DNA from: Oikopleura dioica
Lineage: Eukaryota; Animalia; Chordata
Reading direction: 5' to 3'
NCBI GenBank assembly: GCA_907165135.1
Contig: OU015569.1
Location: 2,108,001 to 2,172,000 of the forward strand
DNA length: 64,000 nt
Shown here: positions 26,301 through 38,929 of the stretch, in pieces
Layout of the letters: each line of letters begins with the position of its first letter
Position numbering within the stretch: the first letter of the stretch is position 1
Made by a program: the position numbers and the translations under genes
The notes under the pieces: model-generated
Databases searched by the model: none
What the model was told of the DNA's origin: nothing
What the model saw: the letters and a program-made list of their open reading frames with translations, nothing else

Positions 26301-28260
26301 ACACAAATGCCCAGAAAAGCGTCCTGATCCGACTCCAGTACCACTGCCGATCCGTCTTAGATCCCGGAAAATTAAAAACTATCGTGCCGGTGACCGAGGA
26401 AACATTTTGGACAAGCAATTTGTTTGGAATAGGTTTAGATCGATGCCAGTGAATATTCGCACCCCTGCAGATCAAGGGTTCTAAAAACGGGCGACCGTGT
26501 TTGACTGAAGACGCAGTTCCAAATACCGCATTGTTCATTCGTAAATGAAGGCGTTGTTTTAGTGATAATTGCGAATAAGGACCTTCGTCTTCTAGTTATC
26601 TCTAGTCAATCGTTTTTTGAACCTTTGCTCCAGATCAACACGCGACTGCCTGTGCGTTGAGTACCAATGAGAATCTCCTTATTGTTGGCAGTACCAACGG
26701 GGATGTTCTCATGTACGACACGAACACTGATCACAACCAGGCCGCTTACAATTGCTGTGAGAATGCGATCATTCATATTGGAGTGACCGAACGATTTGTG
26801 ACAACAACGCAGCGATACGGGTCGCATCCAACCACTCTTTGGTCGTTTCCCGATATGGACATTGTGAAGGATTTCGAAGACCCAGCGGTGATCTGGGGAG
26901 AATTCGCAAAGCACAGCAATCGATTGGCGCTTACTTGCGAGAAAGAATGCATTCTCTACGACGTGGAGACCGATAAGGTTAGACCTGATCTTAGACGTCA
27001 AATTCAACTTTATTTTAAGGCACTCTTGAACATTCCTTACATCGATTTGGGCTGTGGCTATGAGCAAAATAGGACCTTTTTTGGACCTGGTGACGATGTG
27101 TTCCTATCCGACGGATGCTTGTGGGATCTACGAAGTGGCAAAAAGATAACCCGATTCGACAAACTGAACCAGAACGTCTCGGGTATCTTTTGTTCCTCCT
27201 TAATTTTATTAATTAATATTTAGGTATCTTTCATCCGACCCAGCCACATGTCATCATCAGCTCTGAGATTTGGGATATAAGGATGGTGGATTCGAATAGA
27301 ATTCTAAAGCAGGTACCTGAGCTGCGTGGAATCTGGCCGCGATTCACGCCAAGAAGCGACGCCATGTTCGCAGCAAAGTGGTTTTCCGACATTGAAAACC
27401 AGGATATTTATGAGCTGGATAGCGTGATAAAGATTTATGACCCGATGGATTATGAGTGAGTTGATTATCATGTGACGGAAATTACAGCAACTTTAGGAAC
27501 TTGGGAACATGGAAGTTTGAGTCTAACAGATCGAAAATCCCACGGCGGAAAGTACTGGATTTTACAATGAACAAATCAGAAAGAATGGTGAATGTTTTGG
27601 AGTCAGATATGAGCAAGCACGTTCAGGTAGAGCTTCTTACTTTCTCAGTTTGTAATTTTGTGGATCAGACGAACTGCGTGAGCGCGCGATGGTACCAGAT
27701 TGGAATGTTGCAGGACGACGATGACGAAGAGTCCGACAATGCGAGCGACAACAGTGATAACGATTACGGCGGAATGGGTCGACGCCCACATAGAGACGAG
27801 ATGGATGACTTTACGGACGAAGAAGGATCGGATTATGAAATCTACGAAGGCCCACGGCTTGGGCTAGGACACCAGTCTCGGAGGTCAGTTTCTATTCGCG
27901 CTTCTACGCCACCGAGTCAACGGCCCAGCGACGTCCTGAACAGAGACACGCGCATCGTCAGTCTTCGTGAGAGTCCTCTGGATCCGGTGGTCAACGCCAT
28001 GCAGCAAGCTAATAGAGAGCGAGAAATTCAAGTACCGCCCTCAATCAATCGATCACCGTCTATTCCAGGCGTTATTCCAGATGATGGAGACGAAGATTGG
28101 GAAGGCAAGGGACAAACAGTTTAGCGATCTATACGAAAATTCGTATAATTATTAAAATAATTATTTTATCTCTTCGTCACGTAGAAATTAATAGTATCAA
28201 TTTGTTTACCCAAAGAAAGATATTGAAGAGGAACAAGGAGAGTCCGAAGGCAGTGCGTGA
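23397..28260 (+). CDS. DCAF1: DDB1- and CUL4-associated factor 1 (VprBP), multi-exon
   Basis: HPDPFDERAP near the N-terminus, an ARM-like middle region, LisH (QKEILQLVEAHLREAGLPQTAEMLRNEA), YFREQWHAKCKNPISSCPRFSIYKQHKCPE, WD40 exons (FDKLNQNVSG-IFHP) and an acidic tail. Confidence 0.92.
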
Positions 28261-28818
28261 TTCGCCAAGACAAGTCAACTGATATCTGTAATATTTCTAG
28301 AGTAAAACTCATTTAACATTTTTTCTTTAACACTGCCTCACATGCTTCAACTACAGAAAACGTCATTTTAACGTGTATTAGCCAGGCTTATTCGCAGCTT
28401 AATTGAATAATTCTGACACTTGAGCTGATAGAGTCAGAACAGAAAGTGCTTCTGAATCAGATTCAACCTTCTGATAGATAATATTTTTTGACAAGCGTTG
28501 CCAAAATTTCAACAGCCGTAATTTTGAGTACTCTCATGGCTTAAGTTTGTTTGGTTTTACGTCCTAATGACTGCTTCTTGAAATCGGCTAGATAAAAGTA
28601 TTTCGTCCGGAGCATCAAATTCTAGTGGCGAGGGTTCAACCTGTTCCTGTTTATTGAAGTCAAGGAAAAATATAAGAAATACAAACGGACACGGAAATAA
28701 GAAGAGATTTATCTTGATATTCTCTTCTCTCGTTGTTTTCTTTTTTTATAAAAATAAATGCATTTATTATAAAAATATCATAAATATAAAATAAAAGATC
28801 TGAAAGGGCAAACGCAGG

Positions 28819-31640
28819 TTAGGAGACTTCTGGTTGGTTTGTTTCGGACTTGAGGGAGATGAGCGAAAGCGACTGAATGTGCGATCTGACGTTGACGAGT
28901 TCAATGAGTTTGATGTCTTTCGGGTTGTTCCGCTTTTCTTCCATCTGGTGCATTATCAAGTCGACTTGTTCGAATTCTATCCAGGGCGCGAGTATTCTTT
29001 CTAAAATCGGGGTCAGCGATGCTGCATCTCTGAAACGGAATTACCGTTGAAGAAGTCGACAATTTCGGTCATCACACTCGCCGAGGAAATAAGAGATCGA
29101 GCGACTGAGTCGCCGGACTTGATTCGCTTTTCGGACATGTCCGATATCGTTTGCAGTAAGCTGCCGGACTTGGTTGGTCCGTTTGTTGTCGGCGTTTGCG
29201 TTGAATTGGAGATTGTTTTTTCTAGTTTGTTACTGGAGACGGAGGACATCGATTTCACGACGGTTGCGCTTCCCTCTTCCTCGTTGGGCATTGGGTTACC
29301 GTATTCGCCGGAGAGTCGGTTTGGCGGTTTAACTGTACATCTTCTGTTTTTAATTGGCTGCTGTTCTTGTTCGCGGGCTTAGAAAGACATTCATTTCATT
29401 CTGCGAAACTGGTTAAGTTCAAGCCCTTCCTGTGGGGTCTGCGTTACTATCTGGCGTGTCGAGTTGATTTCTCAATTGCTCTTCTGTTTCACTTTGATTG
29501 TCTTGTGACGAGCGACCTTCCTCTATCGTGGTGCGAGAAATCTCCGAGTCGATCTTTTCTTCCAGCGGCGGATCTGGGTTGATTCTGACTGATTTTTCGA
29601 CCGGTGCTACTGGTGGCGGTGCGATCTCGGGTTCTGGCTCTTCTGGCGGATTTCGCTCTTCTATGATAAGTCCGATCAGCGCATTTGCGAATTGAATAAA
29701 ACTGATTGTTCTGTCAATATCTTCTTCCATAACTGGATCGTCGCGACTAATGTTTCATTTGTATATCGATTTAAATCAGATAGTTTATGAACTTACCACA
29801 TGATTCTCACGCCTTGTGTTGGAGTGAACGGACTTTTGATTTTCTTCAGAAACTGAAGGAAATCTCTACCCGTCATTCCGTAATCATTTGCTGCCCAGAT
29901 CCGCGAAAGGCCTTCCCGCATTTTACAAATTTCTATTTTGTAAAGTTCTACGAAGAATTAAATAGATAATTTTTTAAAAGCTCGCCAACCTCTGTAAGGA
30001 GTTTTGACCGGCTTGAGGAGCATTCCGTCGAGTAAAAACTGAACTCCATCATCCAACTTTTGCTGCGGAAAGAGCACTCTAGCAGTATTGACCAAAAACC
30101 AAGCAAACTCGCGGAGCAGGAGAGGGCGCATAGGATCTTTGATGTTTTCGGAGTAGAAGCCTTCAATCGGGTTTAGCTTGACAATGCCGTAGTCGACGCA
30201 AAGCCGATCAAAGTGCATGAGTCGGAAGACGTTGTCCTCGGCATAGGTCGAATAGAGGTGGCGGATTTGGCCGATGTTTCGAATTATTCCAGCTTTTCCG
30301 GCAGCGAGGAGTTCTCCGAGAGTCGAGTCGAGCTGGCTTTCTGTGATAGAGTAAAATGTGTCGCCGTTGTCAAACTGATCGACTATTCTGTCATCCTAAA
30401 TTGTTCTTTAATCTTTCGGTAAAATATCTTGGAACAAACCTCAAATAAGATAGGCGCCTCTTTATAGCCATTAGTAGAGACGACTTCTGCTTCTCCCCAT
30501 TTCTTGTCTTCCTTCCATTCGCCATTATAATAAGATCCGTCCCCGTAAGTCATCGCGCCGATCCCATCTCGCTGACCGTTTTTCCAGCTGCCACTGTACT
30601 CTGCGTTTCTTGATCCGTGCCATTTTGCTGAACAAAAAAGCTCAAATTCAAGATCATCAATAAATATTGTTCAAACCTGTTCCTTCTCCATGCTGTATTC
30701 CATTTTGCCACTCGCCTTCGTAAGTTTGCTCTGCATCGACCCAGATCATCTTTCCTTGGCCGTGGCGTTTTCCATTTTTCCACTCTCCAACGTAAGAATC
30801 ATCGTTGCCCCAGTGTCTTTCGCCGAAGCCGTCGCAGAGGCCGTTTTTCCAGCTGCCTTCGTAGAAGCTTTTCTCGTTCCATTGGCAGCGTCCTTCCCCA
30901 TGTCTTTTTGAAAAAAAAGATTAAGATGGCGTTTCATGATGAATAAACTTACTTTTTGCCGGCTTTCCAGAAGCCATGATAAGTAATTTCGCCAAGGCGA
31001 AAGACACCTTCGCCGTGGCGATAACCGGCGGCAACTTCGCCTTCGTACTCGCCGCCGTCAGGGAAATAAATGCGCCCTGTGCCTTGAATCGAGCTCTGGA
31101 CAAAGTCGCCCTCATAGGTCCACCCATTCTCGAGCTTGAGTTTTCCCTTTCCGTGGGGTCTACCCATCACAACGTCGCCTTCGTACACCGCCCCAGAACG
31201 CAGAATCATCTGGCCGAATCCGTGCGGGATGGATCCTTCGCATGGGCCTGTCCAAGAAGAGACTATCAGATGAAGAAACTCATTGAGCGTGTCCGTCTTG
31301 AACGTATCTTCTTTCTGTACAAAATCATCTTTATTTTTTAAGTTAAATCGAAAGGTTGACTTACTGGGGGCTCCTCTTCAGGCTGTGCTTCTATTACTTC
31401 TGGTATTTCCTCGACAGGGGGCTCTTCTTCTTTTGGCGCTTCTTCTTTTTGCCTAGGTTTTTTCATTTTAATATCGTTTATTCTGAGAACTGCTGCTTTC
31501 CTTTCTATATCAAAACAACTTTTCTAGAAACGCAGCTCACTTCACGCTTCTACTTACGGCTCTTCCTCCTTCTTTGGCGGTGCAAGGGACTTCTTCCTAT
31601 CTTTAGGCATTTTTGTTTTAGAGGCGTTCCCTTTCCCCAT
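28819..31640 (-). CDS. MORN-repeat protein, radial spoke head 10B-like, multi-exon
   Basis: Lys/Glu/Pro-rich start (MGKGNASKTK), about ten MORN repeats (YEGDVVMGRPHGKG, YEGDFVQSSIQGTG, YVGEWKNGKRHGQG), then a helical region (PLLLREFAWFLV) resembling RSPH10B from recollection of the family. The stop is at 28819. Confidence 0.7.
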
Positions 31641-31987
31641 CTTTTCTGCTTTATCGTTGATTCTTCGGACAGTAGTACTCGGGTATTCTAGAAGGTGCAT
31701 TTTTAGTACTCGAATCTACCATTCAGTAATTTTTCTATTTTGAACATGTCCTGCTTGAAATGCGAAAGAAAGATAGAATACGGCCAACTGGTATTGCTCC
31801 ATTTTTATTTAGTTGACAATAAATAGAAAATAGCAGTTAATGCACATTATTTGCCTAGATTTGGAGTGAACGGTTGTTGAGTTACAGTTATTATCAATTT
31901 CGACCGCAGCAGTGTAAGGTATTTGCTACGTGATAAAGCCTAAACGGAGGAGGAAGCGGAACACCAGCGAGTTGCCGCGGCTGGCGA

Positions 31988-33024
31988 TTACTTTGGGGCG
32001 GCAGCAGCGGCCGCAGCTTTGATTCGGGCACGCTTGCCGACGACGGCTTGAAACCCCTTTGTGATGGCGACGACTGTACGCTCGCTAGAATCGAGTTTAA
32101 CAATTCAATATTCACCCGAGAACTTACGATTGACAAATGTCACATTTGACGAAGAAGAGTCGGTCGCGCTTTTCGAGACTGGTCTGGTACGATTTGCACG
32201 TCTTGCACTGGACGTACTCCTTACAGTACGCCTTGAGCACCTTCTCCATCGCCTTGTTGACGAATTTACCCTTGAGAATCAAACCACCGGACGCGTCCTG
32301 GTTTCCAGTAGTTCCCAACTCGGCGAAGATGTAAAGCAACAAGTGATCGGACTTTCTGTTCAATGCCCTAAAAAGAAATACGCTAGAAAACATGATAAAT
32401 CTTCACTTCTTACTTGGCGGTGGCGTCGAAATTGGAGAAAGCCGTCTTCTTGGTACCGATACGAGCGAGTTTTGGAGGAGGAACAACGAGCTTTTGAGAG
32501 CTCTCTCCAGAGGAGGGATTGTTCTTGTTGATGATAGCGTAAACGCGGTCCAAGAGCTCTTCGTAAAGGAAGCCGTCTCGGCCCATGTCTCGGTCGAGCC
32601 ATGGCCGCTCCGATTTCTGACCAGGCTCGGCGGTCTTTTCAAGTCCATCAGCCTAAAAATATGAATAACAGATAAATAAAGAAGCGTGTCTTACTGAAAG
32701 AGAAGCTCCAATGTCCAAGGCAGCTTTGTTCTTTTTCTTCTTCTTCTTGTCGAGACTGAGCTCGTCAAGATCTCCAACGAGATCTTCTTCTCCTTCTCCG
32801 AGGTCAAGAGTAACCTTCTTGCTCTTCTTCTTCTTTTTCAACGTCTCGTCGAACTTGGTGACATCGACGTTCGATCCATCCTCGCCACCGAAAAGGTCTT
32901 CGTTGGCTGCATCATCCAAGATCTTTCGCTGATCCGTGGTATCTTCGACATCAAGAGGAGCCGCAGTCTTCTTCTTCTTCTTTTTCTTGGTCAGGTCGAT
33001 ATCGGGCAACTCGGCGTCGGACAT
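31988..33024 (-). CDS. EIF2S2: Eukaryotic translation initiation factor 2 subunit beta, multi-exon
   Basis: Three poly-Lys boxes, KPKHL-like core (FAELGTTGNQD, LILKGKF), C2-C2 zinc finger CKTCKS...CDICQS, and a last exon ERTVVAITKGFQAVVGKRARIK. An acceptor AG lies 2 nt before the ATG. Confidence 0.97.
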
Positions 33025-33559
33025 CTCTAAATCAACAGATTATTAATTCAAGCGTAATCTACGCGTAAGGTTATTAAAATCGCCAGTTTAAAAACATGAA
33101 TTTCTCTGAAACACTAAAATTCCTAACGCTAAAGGGGATAATTGTGAGAATTTCTCATTCAAGAATCTTTCTTTTTATTTGATTGGGCTCGCGGTGCTAG
33201 TCCGCGCCAATAAGATCGGAGTTATTTCAACGCACCTCACTTTCGGAAATCCTTCTCAGAAGGACTCAGAAGGGTTAAAAAATTACCTAATGATTCTCCT
33301 TCACCCCAGTATCTGAATATTCCGTTGTATCGAATGGTAGATCGTTGTTTTATGCTGTAAGCGGCACAGTAATGCCATAGCATCGACATTATTATTAGCA
33401 AAAATTCTACATAAGTATCATTCGCCATTTTGAATCTTTTACTTTTTCGATGAAACTTTTTGATTGTTGTCTACTCCTCCCTTTCTTTATATAGGCTTTC
33501 ATTTCGTGAAATTTCTCGCCTGAAAGCAAGGAATCCTGATTGATTATCAACGATAATTT

Positions 33560-34166
33560 CTCATACAGTAATATCATTCAAGATCTTTCACAACGAAGAT
33601 ACAACTAGACCGATTGTTAGAACCAATTTGAAGGCATAATTTAAAGTTCATTGCACCGACAAAAAGCACACAGAGTGGACTGTCTGCGCCGGGTTAATGA
33701 GATCGACGAAAATATCGATCGCTGCATTTTTCTCTGCAGTTGCGAAAGGCGTCTTCAGATCGATCGGCAGCGACATTTCCCGGCTTCAAAAGCTCATTTA
33801 TAAGGGTTTAAAATCGGGGATGATCATTTTTAAAGAGAAAATTGTCTACTACAGCCGAACCGTCGTACATGGACCGTGTACAGATAACTTGAGCAATTTT
33901 GCAGAGCTGCTTTTATGGGTGACTTAAAACATCGAGTATCATCCTTCTCAGCCCTTTTTTAGATAGCTCTTATCTACATGCTCATTGCTGGAGTACTCGG
34001 TATGCAAAAACAGGTAGCTCAAAGTCTTTATCACAAATCTACTTCTTCTCAAGGGGCGAAAATCAACGAAGACTCGCCGAGAGGCGAAACAACTCGCACA
34101 TACTGTCCAAGAAACTCGAGAAAAACTGCTGAAAATATAACCACAACGAACAAGAGAACACTCTGA
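33560..34166 (+). CDS. Possible small spliced hypothetical gene
   Basis: A series of short open segments flanked by plausible AG acceptors and GT/GC/GG donors. No family recognised and the frame was not fully resolved. Confidence 0.25.
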
Positions 34167-34281
34167 AACACATTTGGTTTTTCGAAAGTTTTATTGTAAA
34201 ATAGTGTGATCAGTTTCAATTAATATTTAATTATCCGTTGAAAAAATGTATCAGGGCAGTGAAAAATCGCCATTGATGTGC

Positions 34282-35273
34282 TCAGTCTATTATGATGGGT
34301 TCTTGTTTAACATCAGCTCCACTAAAAATGATATGAACAGACTCAGGTTGAGTCACCCAAGAAAATACTTACGGTTCTTGCGGTGGAGTTCCTCGACCTT
34401 CGGTTCCACCATTTTGAACAGCTTGAGGACCTGGCGTTTCCTAAAAGATATCTTGGGAAGGAAACGAACACATTTGACGTACCCGAACACAAGTATGTTC
34501 ATCTGGAAATTGTTCGACAATCTTGTAGTTGGAGATTTGATCGATCTCCTCTTTGTCGGTATTCAGCTTTCGTTTTTTGCGATTATAAACATCGTCGGTG
34601 GTGAGAATCATATCATTCGGCTTCTCGATCGAAAGCCGATACTTTCCCGGGCACAGTTTTCCTTTGGTTGTCGGGCGACTAAATTTTTTATAATACCTAA
34701 TTTAGTACTAGAATATATTTACCCGTCACAATTGACTCGGAATGTGTCGTCCAAGCGGATATTGTCTTTGAGATAGTACCAACACTCTGTTACGCCATCG
34801 GTGATGAGAAATTTTCGAGTCGCGGCACCTCTTTCCTCGATCTTCAGAATCTTTGGCAAATCGAGCAGCGATTGCCAATGGGTAACGTCATTTCCATCTA
34901 AATGATAGTCAATTAATAGAGAAGTAACGCACATCTTTTACTTACGATTTTGATTCGATCCCTGCGGACGGGTGGAGGACGGAATCGGAGACAATGGAGG
35001 AGGCGTGATCGAAGTCCGCGGAACGGCATCAGCACGGCCGTTGTATGAAGTCGATGATCCAAAATAAGTGGCGTGAACTTCGTTCCTTGAAGTTTCACTG
35101 ATGTCAACTACTTTCAAGTAGTTTCGAAGTACTTGGAATTCCACTTTCACCGTCTCAGGGTCCGTCCGGTCCTGCACTTTCTCTTCGATCTCTTGTATTT
35201 TCTGCCAGATGAGTGGCCACATGGTGCATTCTCGCATCTTTCTCGTTAGCTCTTGATCTTTTGCTTTTTCCAT
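34282..35273 (-). CDS. Hypothetical spliced protein
   Basis: The ATG exon at 34947-35273 (GTAAG donor), exon DYHLDG...NCDG, exon YKKFSRP...ELHR and last exon GADVKQEPIIID* join through GT-AG introns. Confidence 0.55.
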
Positions 35274-35877
35274 TTTTGAAAATTTTGGAAAATTGTGGAA
35301 ATCGAATTTGATTTCAAAAGAGTGAAAGAGAAAGAAGATATGAATTGCGAATCTATCGCGCTATTCGAATCTATCCTGTGGGTCGGATGATAGGAATTTT
35401 CGATAATGCTGGCGTAGGGCCGCAATCAAAGGCCCCGCTATCTCGTCACAAATAAGCACAGGGTGTAGAGAGTTGACTGGAAAAGAAAAGAGAGAAAAAC
35501 CTCCGTTCTTTCTAGATTCTACCATGACGTGACAACGCGGTGATGATGCGCGCTCGGAACCCTACATTTCTAGATTTTGCTTTGCTACCCCAAATGGGGG
35601 CCAAGCTACCAGATGAGTGTGCGTCATCTCTGCGTTGTCACGTGATCATTTTCCGAAATTAAAAAAAACCGGTGACAAGCTTTATTAGAAGGATGGGCAC
35701 ATTTTACCCACAATAAAAGGGGAGCCCTCTTGGCATAAAAGAATGGATGGAAAGACAGTCTAATCCATTTAGCAAGAAACGAGTTGCCCTGTAACGAAAA
35801 AAATATAACGACAACAAACAAGAAAACAGTAGAAGTTTTTATTTATTGTGTATTAGCGATTCACGAGCATGGAATTT

Positions 35878-36400
35878 CTATTTTGCTTTATTTCTGGCAG
35901 AGCGGCGGAGTTTTTGTCCAGCACCAAAAAGTCGTCGTGGACTCATTTTGTAATTCTCGTCCGACGCTTCTTTCAATGGTGTTCGTCCAACGATACTTCG
36001 TTCTAAGCTGTCGCCGGCGCTGACGTGTCCACTGTCATCAAGTGACTTCTCCTCTTCGATTTTTGGCGAAGCTGCCAGCAACTGATTTAGGCTTATTGCC
36101 TTCTTCGCAATCGGCCTTTCTTCTATTTCTTTAGGAACTGGTGTTTTTCCGCTAGAATTCTCATAAATTTACTAAAATAGCAAAATAACCAACCTTTGGC
36201 CACTTTTGAGTAATTTCTTCAAGTCGAGCTCTCTGTTGACATCCGGCGTTTCTGTGTTTCTTCCGGATCTAGTTTTTGGCATTTTCAAGGTTTTCGCAAA
36301 TGAAGGCCTGCATAAAAATGAGGTAACTTAGCAAAAAGAAAGGCGCAATGGGGCCACCAAATAACCGTTGGCGGTGATTTAGTCATCAGATAAAGGTGGA
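35878..36400 (-). CDS. Hypothetical spliced gene, 3' exons (Ser/Lys/Arg-rich, TP/SP sites)
   Basis: Short exons separated by GT-AG introns, ending ...SPRRLFGAGQKLRRSARNKAK*. The start is unresolved. Confidence 0.4.
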
Positions 36401-37221
36401 ATTGAGTCGATGAGATCGTCAACGCTTTTTTGGAAAATTATCTTTCATTTCTATATTTTAGGATACAACTTTACAAATAGGGATGTCGAGCACAATGGCC
36501 CGACCTACTCCCGCATGAGGGCGCAGGGTGCGCGGAGGACTCTGAGTCCTCCGAACTACGCGAGTCCAGGGAGAACTGATGAGTTGGCGGTAAACCCTAA
36601 ATACGCTAAGCGAGCGTAACACCTGGGAGTGAGGGCAGCAGGGGCGGGCGGGATATTTTTGTTCTACCCATGCTAGTATCAATTCTAGAGGCGAATAGGA
36701 GTGATGGCTTTGTTTCTATGGGACTTATATATATCAGAAGAAAGCTCTTCGCACACAGAACATGGATTTTACGGAATTAAAAGACAAAGTTAATGGTATT
36801 CCTAAAGATGGGGGAACCAAAGATAAACCTATCATTTTTCACATCGGCAAAACCAGAAAGCTACGCTTTTTATCTGCAGTAAGGAGAGAAGATTGAAGGA
36901 AAATACCAGAGGTTCCGGATGCGAATAAGGCACTTTCTCCTCTTTTACTTTTCCTGTAACTTCCCACTAATTTTCCACAAGTAGGTGTTTTTGACTCTTT
37001 ATTTAGATTCAGCGCAAAATTTCACTCTAGAAAAGTCTTCCTTGTTTATAAATAGCTTCATAAAAATGTGCGCGAAAAATCACTCTAGTGAAATTTAGCT
37101 CCTAAGGGGGGTACTACGCCGTCAGAACTGATGGCGGTGTTTGAACAGAGATTGACACACTTCACGCTGGGATTAGGCGGCTTCGCGCTCCCTTCCTTAC
37201 TTGCTCACCCGCTGAGTAATT

Positions 37222-37793
37222 CGGGTGCGCGTCGTTTGCTACGGTTTGGGGGGTTTGCGTATATTTCTACGATGCGTATATTTCTACGGTGCGTATATTT
37301 CTACGGTCAAAAATGAATCATAGGGACCGTAGCAATTGACGCACAGTTTAGGGTGGGCAAAAAGCCGGGTCGGTTTTGTCGGTTATTAATAAATTAAAAG
37401 AATTTAAAGCTATCTAAGTCGGTCGGAACGAGTGTCTGGCCGGTTTTCCCTTAAAAAAAGATGAAATTCATCATGAATAAGTATCATACTTTGACAATGC
37501 TTATTCCACCAAGGTTTAAAATTATTTTCCTTCATATTGTTTTCATTTTTGTAAGGGAAAACCGACCAGACACTCGTTCCGACCGACTTAGATAGGCTAG
37601 ATAGCTTTAAATTCTTTTAATTCTATTAATAACCGACAAAACCGACCCGGCTTTTTGCCCACCCTAAACTGTGCGTCAATTGCTACGGTCCCTATGACTC
37701 ATTTTTGACCGTAGAAATATACGCACCGTAGAAATATACGCATCGTAGAAATATACGCAAACCCCCCAAACCGTAGCAAACGACGCGCACCCG
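37222..37793. mobile_element. 572-bp foldback/MITE with about 245-bp near-perfect inverted arms
   Basis: Termini CGGGTGCGCG / CGCGCACCCG. TSD AGTAATT at 37215-37221 and 37794-37800 (8 bp with the overlapping G). Each arm has a 17-bp unit GCGTATATTTCTACG(A/G)T three times. The arms differ by a few substitutions and small indels. Confidence 0.93.
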
Positions 37794-37967
37794 AGTAATT
37801 CATGGAGGTTCTCCTCTACGCTCCTCTGCGCACTCTCCTCCGGCGCCATGCTCAGAGCGCTCTTCAACCTCTTTTCCGCTCTTCCACCTCTTTTTCGCGC
37901 GCCCTCTTGCGGATGGAGGTCGGGCCATTATGCTTTTACCCCACAAATAGGCTTTATTCACGCTCAT

Positions 37968-38790
37968 TTAGCAATAGCAACACGGACAGAAAGGGACAAG
38001 TGAGAGAGCTGGAAGCGATCTTGATTCTTTCCAACAAGTTCGCTCATTTGAATCTAAAATATTTATTGAAAAAAGAGTGAAATTAGATCCACTGACCTCG
38101 TTGTTATCTTCGGTCATAAGCGTGACTTTTGTCTGCACTTTCCAATCAAAGACCTGTTTCGTCGGGTATCGCTAAAATCATTATTTTTAGCGAAGATGAT
38201 TTAAATTCTTTCAGTACTCTGAAGTAGCCAGTAGCGAGCCCGTAGAGATAACAAGTAATAGTTCTATAAAGCTCCTCTCCAGAAGGAGGGTCGTTCAATG
38301 TAAATTCGCCAAAGGAATCTTCATATTGGTCATTGTTGGTAACTAAATGGATAACGAAGAATTTTCGAAATGAAAACTTGCTTTTTGGATTTTGTTTGGC
38401 AATGTATTCGCCAAGCGTTCCCAAAGGCCGGCCAAATTTGTCGAAAATCTTCCATCCGTTGAAGTCATTTGCTCTTTCTCTTTGATCGGTTCTGTAGTTT
38501 CGGTAAGAATTGTCTAAAACGAGCACCATTGTTTTTTTGAGTTCTCCCTTTCCTTGCTAAAAAGATCGAAAAATTGTGTCAAGAACGAGCCCTGAGAGAG
38601 ATCAACGCACGAAAGAGAGAGAGGAGATGACGCCACGTTTGACACTGTTTAGCGCTGTAGGAATAAGGCAGAGACGCCCTTGAACTCGACTAAATCTGAA
38701 AGCTTGATTTTTCAGAGGCCCTGCTGATTTATTCAGAATTTGAGGAGATATAGAAACGATCGTAAGAAACTGCAAGAAACTTGAAGTCAT
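37968..38790 (-). CDS. Hypothetical spliced gene
   Basis: The 127-codon open exon (38146-38529) has protein-like composition, and a GT donor after DET joins in phase to DSNERTCWKE...CPCCYC*. The upstream exon is uncertain. Confidence 0.4.
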
Positions 38791-38929
38791 TAATTGATTA
38801 ATTGTTGAACTTTATTTACAAATTGTGATTATGATTACAATTGAATCGAAAAAAATCAGACAAAAATAGAGAAAAACATTATTTCTCCAGCAAAGAAAAA
38901 TTCAGCATTCTCAGTTGATGATAAAAAGT

